Source: Promethearchaeota archaeon | GTDB taxonomy: Archaea > Asgardarchaeota > Lokiarchaeia > Sigyniarchaeales > SOKP01 | Length of the DNA: 64,000 nucleotides | Assembly: GCA_048939995.1 (NCBI GenBank) | Contig: JBHLOY010000009.1 | Location: forward strand, 100,854 to 164,853 | Direction of reading: 5' to 3' | Shown: piece by piece, positions 19,322 to 29,069 of the stretch | Numbering within the stretch: the stretch's first letter is position 1 | Layout of the letters: each line of letters opens with the position of its first letter | Made by a program: the position numbers and the translations under genes | The notes under the pieces: generated by a model | Database searches by the model: none | What the model saw: only the letters and a program-made list of their open reading frames with translations | What the model was told of the DNA's origin: nothing

Positions 19322-19912
19322 TTAGTTAGCTTCGCCTTTTTTTAAATAGAAATGACGTTGTAAATGAAAAATCAAAAAGGGAAAATAAAATAAAATGATT
19401 AGAAAAAATTGAAAAGCAAAGTTAATGAGGAAAATAAACATCAGAACAAATAAAAGAACTTCAATTGCCAAACAAAATTTACTATTGTAATATTTTTCAT
19501 CAAAAAATGATTCAGGTTTCTTGTAATTTGATAAATATTTTGACATATTGTCAAATTCTTCTTTTGAGATTAATAGTTTTAAGCCGACTTGTTTTTTGGG
19601 GAAATAGAAAACATTTGTGCCCCAGTCAAAGGTATCTATAACTATATGTATAAAATATGCCATTCCACTAAAAATTAAAATTATCAAAGAGAAAATAATC
19701 CCAATTAAAATCATGAAGACACTAGGGAGGAGTGAATGTGAAATTAGCATCCTATGATTATGATCTTTTGCATATTTGGAGAAAAACACATCAAAATCAC
19801 ATATAAAGGAAAAAATTACAATTAATACAAATTCATTGAGGTTAAAGGTGAAAAAATAATTTAATATCGAAGAAAATATAACACCTACGGCAAAATGTGA
19901 ATTTATGTGTAT
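19322..19912 (-). CDS. Membrane-bound metal-dependent hydrolase (YdjM/DUF457-like), probable ATA start
   Basis: The frame is open 41 codons upstream of the tracked start, giving (M)HINSHFAVG...ICDFD...HNHRMLISHSLL...IHIVIDTFDWG, which matches the H..H / D.D / HR..SHS / H...D pattern. AGGTGA lies 6 nt before ATA at 19912. Confidence 0.7.
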   Translation of the reverse strand: MHINSHFAVGVIFSSILNYFFTFNLNEFVLIVIFSFICDFDVFFSKYAKDHNHRMLISHSLLPSVFMILIGIIFSLIILIFSGMAYFIHIVIDTFDWGTNVFYFPKKQVGLKLLISKEEFDNMSKYLSNYKKPESFFDEKYYNSKFCLAIEVLLFVLMFIFLINFAFQFFLIILFYFPFLIFHLQRHFYLKKGEAN

Positions 19913-20898
19913 TTGAAATCACCTAATATAGTTCCTTTGTTTACTCGTTTTATTACTTTTGATTTGCATTGAAACCCATCTGGACCTTTTTTTTCCACTA
20001 AAAAAGATGCTGCCGCGGATGCTAAATAAGCAGAATTCCTCACAGCCTCCCAAGATTTATTAGAACTAAGAAATTCGTGCAAAAATATTGCTAAGTAAAC
20101 GTCCCCCGCCCCCGTCTCATCAACAACTTTTTTAGCTTTAAATGCCGGAATGTTCATTATCTCTTGTCCTTTCTTAATGACTCTTGAACCTGCTTCGCCA
20201 AGGGTCATGATATAGATTCCATTGTTATCGAACTTATTAAAGTAATACATAACTTCGTCTAAATCGTTATTGTTAGACAATAGTTTCATTTCTATTTCAG
20301 AACCTTTTAATATTAATCTGTCACCAACTAAATCAATAATAGCTTTCATATTTTTCATTAGATCTGAATTCCACACATATGAAACTTTACCATCATTATC
20401 AATATGCCTGATAAAACCTTGAACATCTAAACCAATGAATACGTCAGGAAATGCTTCTAAAATCTTAGATACATAACTATAAGAAATTTCATTACATAAT
20501 GGAACTAAAACAATTACATTAGGTTTATTAGCAATAAATTCCCCAGGAAAGTCTTCAAAATTTAGGTTCGGACTTTTAGTTTTAAGAGTTAATGCTCGTG
20601 AATGATTAATATAATCTAATACAAATTGTGTATTATTAGTTTTTAATGATTTTATACCTCTTAAATCAATATTATTATTTTTTAATAAATCTAACAAAGC
20701 CATGTTAAAATTTAATATACCTAAATTGGATATTATTCTAATAGATCCATTTTGATCATATTTTCTTAACGCTAGTGAGCCAAATGATACGCTTCCTCCC
20801 AAGGAGGGTTTTCTTAATTTCTTAAAACGTATTATGGAATCGACAGCTAAATGACCAATGAACAAAAATGATAATTGCTTCGGTTTATTTTCGCTCAT
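19903..20898 (-). CDS. PfkB/ribokinase family carbohydrate kinase
   Basis: IGHLAVD, GGSVSF, LDVQGFIR, MTLGEAGS, VVDETGAGDVY. Confidence 0.92.
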   Translation of the reverse strand: MSENKPKQLSFLFIGHLAVDSIIRFKKLRKPSLGGSVSFGSLALRKYDQNGSIRIISNLGILNFNMALLDLLKNNNIDLRGIKSLKTNNTQFVLDYINHSRALTLKTKSPNLNFEDFPGEFIANKPNVIVLVPLCNEISYSYVSKILEAFPDVFIGLDVQGFIRHIDNDGKVSYVWNSDLMKNMKAIIDLVGDRLILKGSEIEMKLLSNNNDLDEVMYYFNKFDNNGIYIMTLGEAGSRVIKKGQEIMNIPAFKAKKVVDETGAGDVYLAIFLHEFLSSNKSWEAVRNSAYLASAAASFLVEKKGPDGFQCKSKVIKRVNKGTILGDFKYT

Positions 20899-21001
20899 GT
20901 TTCCTATTTTGTAATTTCCTATTATTGAAAAAAGTTTTGATAAGAATTCATAATTCTAAAAGAAGTAACCAATAAAAATAGTTCTAATTTATGAGCGTAA
21001 A

Positions 21002-22081
21002 TTAAAGACCAATTGATTCTTGTAATTCCTTAATTTTCTGATCTTTTTCTTGGATTGTGGTTTTTAATTTATTTATGCTTTTTTGTAATTCTTCCACAAG
21101 ATTAGTCATAGGTCCAGAATTAGGTCCTTCTTGTGCTGTTTGTGATAGTTTTAATTGGATGATCTGTTCTTCTTTTTCTTTCAATTTTAATTCTAAAGCA
21201 CTTATTTTCTCTTCAGAAGCTGATGAAACTTCCTTTGAAACAGTTTTTTTTAAAGAATTCTGTAATTCAGTTAGATCTTTTTTCAAAGCTTCATTTTCTT
21301 CCCTTAAATTGATTATATCTTCTGGACTAAATTTCAAACCTTTTTGATCTAGCATTTCCTTAAGTTGGGACTTCTCTTTTGTAAGTTTATCAATTACTCT
21401 TTTGTATTTGTTTAAATCTGCTTGTAAGTCTTGACAAAGCTGTTCTAAAGGCTGTGAAGAGCTTACGTGAGGTTTTGGTTTGATAACTTCAGGTTGTTCT
21501 ATTGGTACAACATAATCAATTGGAAGACTTTTAATTTTTTCAACTAATTGTTGATTAATAACTTCATTTTCAGCAGTTAGTTCTGATATTTTTGATTCTA
21601 ATTCTGAAATGAGTGAATTTTTTTTTGTTAATTCTGATCTTAAATCCTCAATTAATGATCTACTTACAGTAGAATCCGAGCTAATCCCAGAAGCTTTTAG
21701 TCTTGATAATTCCTCTTCTTTAATCTTTATCTCTTCATCCTTCTCAAGCAAGAGTTTAACCATACTCTTTACTTTACTGTTTAATTCTAAATTTTCAGCC
21801 TCTAAATTTCCTAATTGAGTATTAATTTCTAATAAGGATTCATTTTCCACTTTTAATTTATCTTTCTCCTCAACGGTTATTCGGATGAGTTTTTCTGATC
21901 TACTAATCAAATCTATATTTTGAGAAATTTTTTTCCTTAGTTCTTCATTTTCTTGCTCTAGTTTACTTAATTTATTTAAGGTATCCCCAATTATTGAGGG
22001 ATTTTTATTATCGGTTTCCATCTTCTTTTTCCAAAGGGATATAAAATCCTCAATCTTACCATTTTCATTTTCGTTGGGCAT
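21002..22081 (-). CDS. Long segmented coiled-coil protein
   Basis: 359 aa, E/K/L-rich heptads broken by Pro/Ser linkers; no TM segment or catalytic motif. Confidence 0.75.
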   Translation of the reverse strand: MPNENENGKIEDFISLWKKKMETDNKNPSIIGDTLNKLSKLEQENEELRKKISQNIDLISRSEKLIRITVEEKDKLKVENESLLEINTQLGNLEAENLELNSKVKSMVKLLLEKDEEIKIKEEELSRLKASGISSDSTVSRSLIEDLRSELTKKNSLISELESKISELTAENEVINQQLVEKIKSLPIDYVVPIEQPEVIKPKPHVSSSQPLEQLCQDLQADLNKYKRVIDKLTKEKSQLKEMLDQKGLKFSPEDIINLREENEALKKDLTELQNSLKKTVSKEVSSASEEKISALELKLKEKEEQIIQLKLSQTAQEGPNSGPMTNLVEELQKSINKLKTTIQEKDQKIKELQESIGL

Positions 22082-22123
22082 AGCTCTTCAAAATTCTTTT
22101 ATTCATATAATGAAATATTTGAT

Positions 22124-23014
22124 TTATTTAATAATTATCCCAGAAAAATATCCAACACAATATCCATGAAAATTTCCTGTTTTTTCAGAACTCGTATAAT
22201 ATTTTAATAATTTCCCTTCAGTTGCATTTAAATTTTTACCAATTAACATCAATGCTGTAATTGTTTGAGGTCCGCACACAGTTCTCCTAAGTGCAGTTTC
22301 GAGTGTTTTTGAAGGATTTAACTCTATAAAAGAATCAATAACTTTTTGATCTCCTTCCTTTAACTTTTTTAGATCATCAGTCCCATAAATTTCCTTATGG
22401 GTCATATCGGATGATGCTATAATGATTACATCTTTATTATATGTTTTAATTGCTTGTGATATATCTTTGGCCAATTTCTCTAACACACTATAATTTCTTA
22501 TAGATATTATTATTGGGATTATTTTCACATCTTTATTTTGGGAACAATATTTTATAAAAGGAAGTTGCACCTCAATATTATGTTCTCTTCCAAAAGGGTA
22601 CCCAACGAAAGCCGATTCGTCCTTTTTTATAACTTCGCTAATATCTAGTATTTTTTTTGATAATTCTGTGTCTATTTTTAAATTTCCTATAGGTGTCTCC
22701 CATTCTCCTTTATCCATTAATGCAACTCCACCATAGCCTATATGGTCTGTTCCAAGAATTATAACTGTATCAGGGATTTTTTCTTTGAATAAATTTAAAA
22801 ACGTAAAGGCAGCACAACAACCTGAATATATATATCCCGCATGAGGTGAGATTCCTCCTATAATGGATCTTGTGTCAAGATTTAATGTTTGAATTTCCTC
22901 ACCTGGACCAAACTGCTTATCCAAAAATGATTGTTTAATTGTCTCGATTAAAGTGGATTTGTTGCTAGGGTAAAAGTGACCCGCATTAGAAGCTTGTCTC
23001 ATAGTCATTATCAT
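22124..23014 (-). CDS. amrB: MEMO1 family protein (AmmeMemoRadiSam system protein B)
   Basis: RQASNAGHFYP, SPHAGYIYSG, GTDH, WETPIG, EHNIEVQLPF, ASSDMTH, TVCGP, VGY. Confidence 0.93.
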   Translation of the reverse strand: MIMTMRQASNAGHFYPSNKSTLIETIKQSFLDKQFGPGEEIQTLNLDTRSIIGGISPHAGYIYSGCCAAFTFLNLFKEKIPDTVIILGTDHIGYGGVALMDKGEWETPIGNLKIDTELSKKILDISEVIKKDESAFVGYPFGREHNIEVQLPFIKYCSQNKDVKIIPIIISIRNYSVLEKLAKDISQAIKTYNKDVIIIASSDMTHKEIYGTDDLKKLKEGDQKVIDSFIELNPSKTLETALRRTVCGPQTITALMLIGKNLNATEGKLLKYYTSSEKTGNFHGYCVGYFSGIIIK

Positions 23015-23132
23015 TCACATTAATTTTTCTTTTATACTTAAATCTAAGATTATTAATTTTTAAAATTTTTATTGTCATTATCTGCTTATGTGAAATTGAT
23101 AGATTTATTAAAGTATATTTAATGATTCTATC

Positions 23133-23738
23133 TTGATGAATGAAGAACAGAAAAGCCAAGTTTCCCTTGATGATATTAGTGAAGAAAGTTTGCCTGAAAA
23201 AATTCCTACCAAATTTATAAATTCAAGAGTCATTGTTTTTGACCCTTTATATGCTTCTTATTTATATGTAAAACAGAAATTTTTTGGGTCGCCACTTGGA
23301 ATTAGTAAACCACGCCTAGAATATTTTTCTAAACCATCTGAGTTATCAATTGAAGAGGCATACTATTTACTGCAAAAAGGAAAAATTACTATTTTTGATC
23401 CTCAACAGAATAAGTATCTAAGCTTAGAAGATTTTAGCACTATAGCAAGAAAAATCCATTATAAATTTGAAGAAAAATCGATAATATATCAAGATTTAAG
23501 AGAAAAAGGATATATTCCAAGACCTGGTTTAAAGTTTGGGGCGGATTTTGTAGTGTATAAGAAAGGTCCGGGTTTAGAACACTCTCCTTTTATTGTTCAC
23601 GTCTTGCATCATGATGCGAAGATAACTGCTGTGGATATGGTAAGAGCAGGAAGGTTAGCAACATCAGTTAGAAAGAAATTTGTTATCGCTAATCCCTTAA
23701 CGAAAAGTTATTACTTTTTTGAGTGGTTCAAACCGTAG
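23133..23738 (+). CDS. endA: tRNA-intron lyase (splicing endonuclease), catalytic subunit
   Basis: LSIEEAYYL, IYQDLREKGY..RPGLKFGADFVVY, GPGLEHS, RLATSVRKK; Tyr/His/Lys triad present. Confidence 0.95.
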   Translation: MMNEEQKSQVSLDDISEESLPEKIPTKFINSRVIVFDPLYASYLYVKQKFFGSPLGISKPRLEYFSKPSELSIEEAYYLLQKGKITIFDPQQNKYLSLEDFSTIARKIHYKFEEKSIIYQDLREKGYIPRPGLKFGADFVVYKKGPGLEHSPFIVHVLHHDAKITAVDMVRAGRLATSVRKKFVIANPLTKSYYFFEWFKP

Positions 23739-23749
23739 ATATAATTGTC

Positions 23750-25564
23750 TTATTCAAGTTTAGAAAGAATTATCCTCCGATTAATTTCATCCTTAAAATA
23801 CTCAAGAGATCTTAAATCATTATTAGGAATAGTTTGATTCATTTTTAATATTTCAGCAATGAGATCCCTTCCTAATATGTTCTCAATTGAAATATCTTGT
23901 TTTATGAGCTCTTTCCCCATTTTATAGATGAATAAAATTATTTTAACTAATCCTAGCAACTTTTCACTATTTGTATAATTATCTATCTCATCATAAGCAT
24001 TTTGTATCAAAAATCCATTCCTTATTAAATTCGAAACTAAGAGGATTAATTGTTGATCTTTAGATAAATAATTTACTCCAACTAGTGGTATAAGGCGAGT
24101 AAGATCTTGTTCTTCAGACAAAATTTCATTAACTTTATCTCTGCATTCCATCCAACCAACATTTATCTCTGGCCAATCAATATCTCGTTCATACCACCAC
24201 TTTTCAAGGAATTCTGGATAATGTGAATAAGAATTAAACCAACTTATCGCAGGATAATGCTTTAGATATGCTAATTTTGGATCCAATGCTAAAAAGACTT
24301 GTACGACTCTTTTAGTTATTGCGGTAACCGGCTCATTGAAATCACCTGCTGGCGGTGATATTGTCGCAATAATAGTTATAGAACCACTCCTTTCAAGTGA
24401 TTCACCATTTCCTAATAATTCAACAAGTCCTGCGCGCTCATAGAAACTGAAAAGTTTAGATTGTAAGTAAGATGGGTATCCTTCCTCAGCAGGCATTTCT
24501 CCTAATAAGCCAGAAATTTCTCTCAAAGATTCTGCCCATCGAGATGTACTATCTGCTAAAACAACTACATTATATCCCATATCTCGATAATACTCTGCAA
24601 TGGTAACACCTGAGAATAAACTAGCTTCCCGTGCAGAAACAGGCATATTTGAAGTATTAGCAATAAGGATAGTTCGTTCTAAGATAGGACGGTTTGTGTT
24701 TGAATCCATTATCTCTGAAAATTGTTTGAGAGTATTGGCGATCTCATTACCAGGTTCTCCACATCCTATAAAAACAATTATATCAGCATCAGACCACTTT
24801 GCTAAAGATTGTTGTAAGACGGTTTTACCTGTTCCGAAACCTCCAGGAATAGCCGTAGTACCACCTTTTGCAATTGGAAATAGTAAATCAATCACTCTAA
24901 TCCCTGTGATTAGAGGTTCAGTTGGCTGTTTTTTTTTTTTATACGGTCGTTTCTTTGAAACAGGCCATTTTTGTATCATGGGATAAGATTTTACATTATT
25001 TTCATTTTTTAACTTATATATCTCTTCAACTATTGTATAATCCCCTTCTTGGGCTATAAAAACTATATTTCCAGAAGTATTAGGCGGAACCATGATTTTA
25101 TGCGTTATTGAAGGGGTTTCTTCTACAACTCCTATTATATCTCCACCATTCACGTGAGTATTTAATTCCTTTAATGGAATAAAGTGCCATTTCTTTGTCC
25201 TTGATAATGCAGGGAAGTTCATACCCCTCTCTAACCACCCTGATTTAAAATTTCTAAAAATTTCTTTTAATGGTCTTTGCATTCCGTCAAATATGTTACT
25301 TAACAATCCAGGTGCCAATTCCATTGAGAGAGGCTCATATAAACTTTCAACTTTTTCATTTAGTTTAATTTTGAAAGTATCTTCAAAACATTGAACAACG
25401 ATGTGGTTTTCATATATTTGTATTACTTCTCCTAATACATTATGATTTAAGATTTTAATAAGATCATGCAATTGAACTTGGGTTTCTAAACCTTTTATTT
25501 TGATTATAGATCCAAAAATCTCAGAAATATATCCAATTTTTCCACTTTCGATTTTACTTTTCAT
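23750..25564 (-). CDS. atpA: Second V/A-type ATPase subunit A paralog, with GCGEPGNE variant
   Basis: Full length (604 aa). P-loop [37 protein letters not shown]. The conserved GCGERGNE reads GCGEPGNE (CCT codon at 24752-24754). Confidence 0.93.
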   Translation of the reverse strand: MKSKIESGKIGYISEIFGSIIKIKGLETQVQLHDLIKILNHNVLGEVIQIYENHIVVQCFEDTFKIKLNEKVESLYEPLSMELAPGLLSNIFDGMQRPLKEIFRNFKSGWLERGMNFPALSRTKKWHFIPLKELNTHVNGGDIIGVVEETPSITHKIMVPPNTSGNIVFIAQEGDYTIVEEIYKLKNENNVKSYPMIQKWPVSKKRPYKKKKQPTEPLITGIRVIDLLFPIAKGGTTAIPGGFGTGKTVLQQSLAKWSDADIIVFIGCGEPGNEIANTLKQFSEIMDSNTNRPILERTILIANTSNMPVSAREASLFSGVTIAEYYRDMGYNVVVLADSTSRWAESLREISGLLGEMPAEEGYPSYLQSKLFSFYERAGLVELLGNGESLERSGSITIIATISPPAGDFNEPVTAITKRVVQVFLALDPKLAYLKHYPAISWFNSYSHYPEFLEKWWYERDIDWPEINVGWMECRDKVNEILSEEQDLTRLIPLVGVNYLSKDQQLILLVSNLIRNGFLIQNAYDEIDNYTNSEKLLGLVKIILFIYKMGKELIKQDISIENILGRDLIAEILKMNQTIPNNDLRSLEYFKDEINRRIILSKLE

Positions 25565-25601
25565 CGTTTTTATATAAAACTTTAATTTAGTAAACTAAAT
25601 C

Positions 25602-26045
25602 TTAACCCATTACTGGCACTCCACAATTTGGACACGTTTTTACAAAATTTGGAATAGTAATTTTGCAATTAGGACATTTTCTAATTATTGGCTTCCTATA
25701 TTTAAAATTTAAGTTAATATCTTTTGTATCCACTGGTTTAAATTCATATGTTTGAGATTGACTTTTAAGGTCTTCTTTATATAGTTCATAATCAGATTTC
25801 TCTCGCCTTTCTCTTTTTGGAAAAAGACGACGATACATTGATTTCGAGATTCCAGTAAGAAGGGGTCCGATAACTATTAATATTAAGAAAATTAGTATGA
25901 TAATGATAATCCAATGCTCTATTGCTAAATCAACTAAAAATATGTAAAGAAAGTAAAGAGATATTAAATAGAATGCAATAAAAATAAAACGAATTATTAT
26001 TCCTCTCTTGCTTAGAACTTTTTTTTTGGTAGATTTCTCTTCCAC
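25602..26045 (-). CDS. Two-TM membrane protein with C-terminal zinc ribbon
   Basis: Two hydrophobic helices, then CPNC-x10-CPNC; GTG start after GAGGT; located inside the ATPase operon. Confidence 0.8.
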   Translation of the reverse strand: MEEKSTKKKVLSKRGIIIRFIFIAFYLISLYFLYIFLVDLAIEHWIIIIILIFLILIVIGPLLTGISKSMYRRLFPKRERREKSDYELYKEDLKSQSQTYEFKPVDTKDINLNFKYRKPIIRKCPNCKITIPNFVKTCPNCGVPVMG

Positions 26046-26067
26046 GTGTTAGAACCTCTTTTAAAAG

Positions 26068-28398
26068 TTAACTTTTAAAATATTTTTGTTCAATATAACT
26101 TATAGCTTCATCAATATCTTTTTTTGCTTTCTCAGGCTCAATTTCTTTTTCTATTTCCTCTGAGATTACATCTTTTTCAAGATGTTCTCGAAATATTATT
26201 TTAGAATAATCATTATCTAAATAAAATGGGAAAAATTCTGTTCCTGTACCTTTGTAAAATTTAAAGAAAAATTCGTAAAAGTGAAGTCGAATTGTATTAA
26301 TAAAGACCAAAATACCTTCCAATAATATTACGATAATATTTCCGAGAATTAACCCTAAAAACTTTAGGATATCAAACCAGATTCCCTCACCTTGAAGTAA
26401 ATTAGAGAGAGCTTGTATAGATATCATTAACGCTATGTGAGCAAGGGCTAATGCTAACAATCGAATATATGATGCTACATTGCTTAATACTGATAAAGCG
26501 GTCTCAAAAGTCTCCATTGTACCTTCTCCCATCAATGCTCCATAGGATTCTTTCTTCAAATAAGATATACCGAATACTTTACCTAACGGTTTTAGTAGAA
26601 TTAATAGAATACCTGGAATAATAACAAGTAAAATTGGAGGTGGTAGCGTTATTGGCCCCCAAAAAGTAAGGAGAGAAGTTGATGATAACCAGACGGTAAG
26701 ATTTATACCATAGGTAAATATTAAGTATGTACCCCCTGTTAATAAACATATTTTTATAAAGGAATTGGAAAAGGCTAAATATTTCTTTGATTGCCTGACG
26801 TAATTAATTAGTTCAAGGAACCACCCTAAATTAATGTGGACCACTCCAATGAAAAGAGCAAATTCAAAAACGACTGTAATATTCGCAATAGGATCAAACA
26901 AACTTACCGGTCCAAGAAATGGTACCGTAATAAAAATTGGTTGCAAAGGTATCCCAAAAATTTGTTCATAACCAAAAAATTCTCCATAAAATAATCCCCC
27001 TAAGACAGCTCCAATCCCGCAATAGAACACTATCCAACTAAATTGACCTGTTTTTTTCTTGCGAAAAAGTATTCCCCCTAAAATGCCAGCAATAATTAAG
27101 ACCAATCCATGACCTATATCTCCAAACATCAATCCAAAGATAAAGGGAAATGTAAAAGCTAAGAAAGGCGTTGGATCAACTTCAGAGTATGAAGGGACTC
27201 CATACATCTTTGTAATTAACTCAAAAGGTCGAATAAACCATGGGTTTCTCATAATTGTTGGAGTTTTAGCTTTTAATTGTTCTTCTGCTTGATCTAGTTG
27301 GTTGGTATCTGTTTTTTGTGGGATATTTTTAAGACTTTCTTTTTCTTTTAATTTCGATTCTAACCGATCTAAATCTTTTACTTCATGAAACCTAGGAATA
27401 TCAAATATATCAATGACAATTTTATTTTTAAATTGGTCTGATAAGAGTTGTTCTACATTTCTTCTTCTTCTTAGAGGGAGAAAAAAGTTAAGAGTTAATC
27501 GTTCTTTTGAGAATTCTTCAAATTGTTGCTCTGCCCAATGATATTCTTCAACATTTTGTACAACTTCATTAAGAGCCGCAAACTTAATCATATTTTGATC
27601 TCGTAATAAATCCCTTTCTTTTTGATATTTTGAGAGTGTTGTATTAATTATATCAATCTCATTATTAATTCGTGAAAAGTTGATTACTTCGGTAGTTAAA
27701 TACTTCTTTAAGATTGGGACTTCTTCAGCATGTATTAGATTTATTCTCTCTCGTAGATCTTCTTCACGATCTCTTGGATATATAATAAAAAAAGTGATTC
27801 TATCTTCTAATCTATATGCATTTGGAAAAAGTTCATCTGTTTGATGAACATTTGGAAATGCGTCGAATTCAAAAAGGCTTTTAAAATTCTCAATGTTCTT
27901 TTTAAATGTAGTAAAGACTTTAAAGTTTAAATTATTAAATTTTGATAAACTATCTCTCGTTAAATTATATTGTTCAAGGAATGTATAGCTAGATTTTATT
28001 ATTTGTATATTTTCCAATTCAATTCTTGCCTTGGCAATATATTTATCTAATTCATTAATTCGATTTGTATAGAAGTTTATTTCTTCTAATGTTTTATTAA
28101 CCAATTCAGGTATATCTCTTACTAAAAATTCAACTTTTTGATTTTGAGCAACTTTTTTTAGTTCCTGAAAATTTGATTCATTAACATTAAGTTTATTAAA
28201 TAATGAATCTAAACCTTGCCTTAGATTTTTAACAATGTTGAAGAATGTATCTTTTTCTTCTCCTTTTTTACCTGAAATAAGTTTTTCTCTAGCTTTAATC
28301 TGAACGTTATTAATCGAAGAAAGTACATTTAAGAGCCTGTCCTTATCATATTTATTTATCCCTACTTTAAATAGGCACATTTCAGTTTTTTTTGTCAT
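26068..28398 (-). CDS. atpI: V/A-type ATPase subunit I (a)
   Basis: PFELITKMYGVPSYSEVDPT, FGLMFGDIGHG, SNVASYIRL (essential Arg), IRLHFYEFF. Confidence 0.95.
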   Translation of the reverse strand: MTKKTEMCLFKVGINKYDKDRLLNVLSSINNVQIKAREKLISGKKGEEKDTFFNIVKNLRQGLDSLFNKLNVNESNFQELKKVAQNQKVEFLVRDIPELVNKTLEEINFYTNRINELDKYIAKARIELENIQIIKSSYTFLEQYNLTRDSLSKFNNLNFKVFTTFKKNIENFKSLFEFDAFPNVHQTDELFPNAYRLEDRITFFIIYPRDREEDLRERINLIHAEEVPILKKYLTTEVINFSRINNEIDIINTTLSKYQKERDLLRDQNMIKFAALNEVVQNVEEYHWAEQQFEEFSKERLTLNFFLPLRRRRNVEQLLSDQFKNKIVIDIFDIPRFHEVKDLDRLESKLKEKESLKNIPQKTDTNQLDQAEEQLKAKTPTIMRNPWFIRPFELITKMYGVPSYSEVDPTPFLAFTFPFIFGLMFGDIGHGLVLIIAGILGGILFRKKKTGQFSWIVFYCGIGAVLGGLFYGEFFGYEQIFGIPLQPIFITVPFLGPVSLFDPIANITVVFEFALFIGVVHINLGWFLELINYVRQSKKYLAFSNSFIKICLLTGGTYLIFTYGINLTVWLSSTSLLTFWGPITLPPPILLVIIPGILLILLKPLGKVFGISYLKKESYGALMGEGTMETFETALSVLSNVASYIRLLALALAHIALMISIQALSNLLQGEGIWFDILKFLGLILGNIIVILLEGILVFINTIRLHFYEFFFKFYKGTGTEFFPFYLDNDYSKIIFREHLEKDVISEEIEKEIEPEKAKKDIDEAISYIEQKYFKS

Positions 28399-29069
28399 TA
28401 TATTAACCCTCCGGGTTGTTTTATTACCTTTCTCTTAATCAATTCCTTAGTTTTTTTTAATCTTACAAAATTTTCACGATCAAGTTCTTCTAAAATTTCT
28501 CTAATTTTCTTAATATCTGTTGAGAGTAAAGGGATAATTCTATTTTTTAATCCATTGATCCTTCGATTTACTTTTTTAAAGTTTAAAGCTAGAAGGAAAA
28601 AAAAATCCTCAAATTCTGCAAAGTTTATTAAAAATTTGAAAAAATCTTCTAATAAAGGCATCAGCTCATCTATAAAATGACTAGTATTTTCAAAGGAATA
28701 GGCAGGCAGTTTACCGATTCTATTTAAGTCATATTCTAATTGATGGGTTGTTATACCAATATTCTTGATATTAAGGATATTAATTGTTGGATTAAACTGG
28801 ATTTTACTTAAATTACTAATTAATACGAGATCTCTTTTACCCATCTCTTTATATGCCTCATTCATAAAGAATAAAGCTTCTTTATACCATTCAATAAATT
28901 TATTTAATTTTTCTTTATAGTCTATCCAACTAGACTTAATTTGAGTAATCAACTGTTCACGTTTAAATTCTAAGAATTTTTCACCTTTTTTGGCAAGGAT
29001 AAGTTTTTTCTTTAAGCTGATTAAATTTGTTTTTGTGGGTTTAATTTCTCTAAAACTAATGACAAACAC
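28398..29069 (-). CDS. atpD: V/A-type ATPase subunit D
   Basis: IKPTKTNL..LKKKL..AKKG..FLEFKREQL, KKVNRRINGL, LEELDRENFVRLKK. The true start may be ATT at 29060. Confidence 0.93.
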   Translation of the reverse strand: MFVISFREIKPTKTNLISLKKKLILAKKGEKFLEFKREQLITQIKSSWIDYKEKLNKFIEWYKEALFFMNEAYKEMGKRDLVLISNLSKIQFNPTINILNIKNIGITTHQLEYDLNRIGKLPAYSFENTSHFIDELMPLLEDFFKFLINFAEFEDFFFLLALNFKKVNRRINGLKNRIIPLLSTDIKKIREILEELDRENFVRLKKTKELIKRKVIKQPGGLI

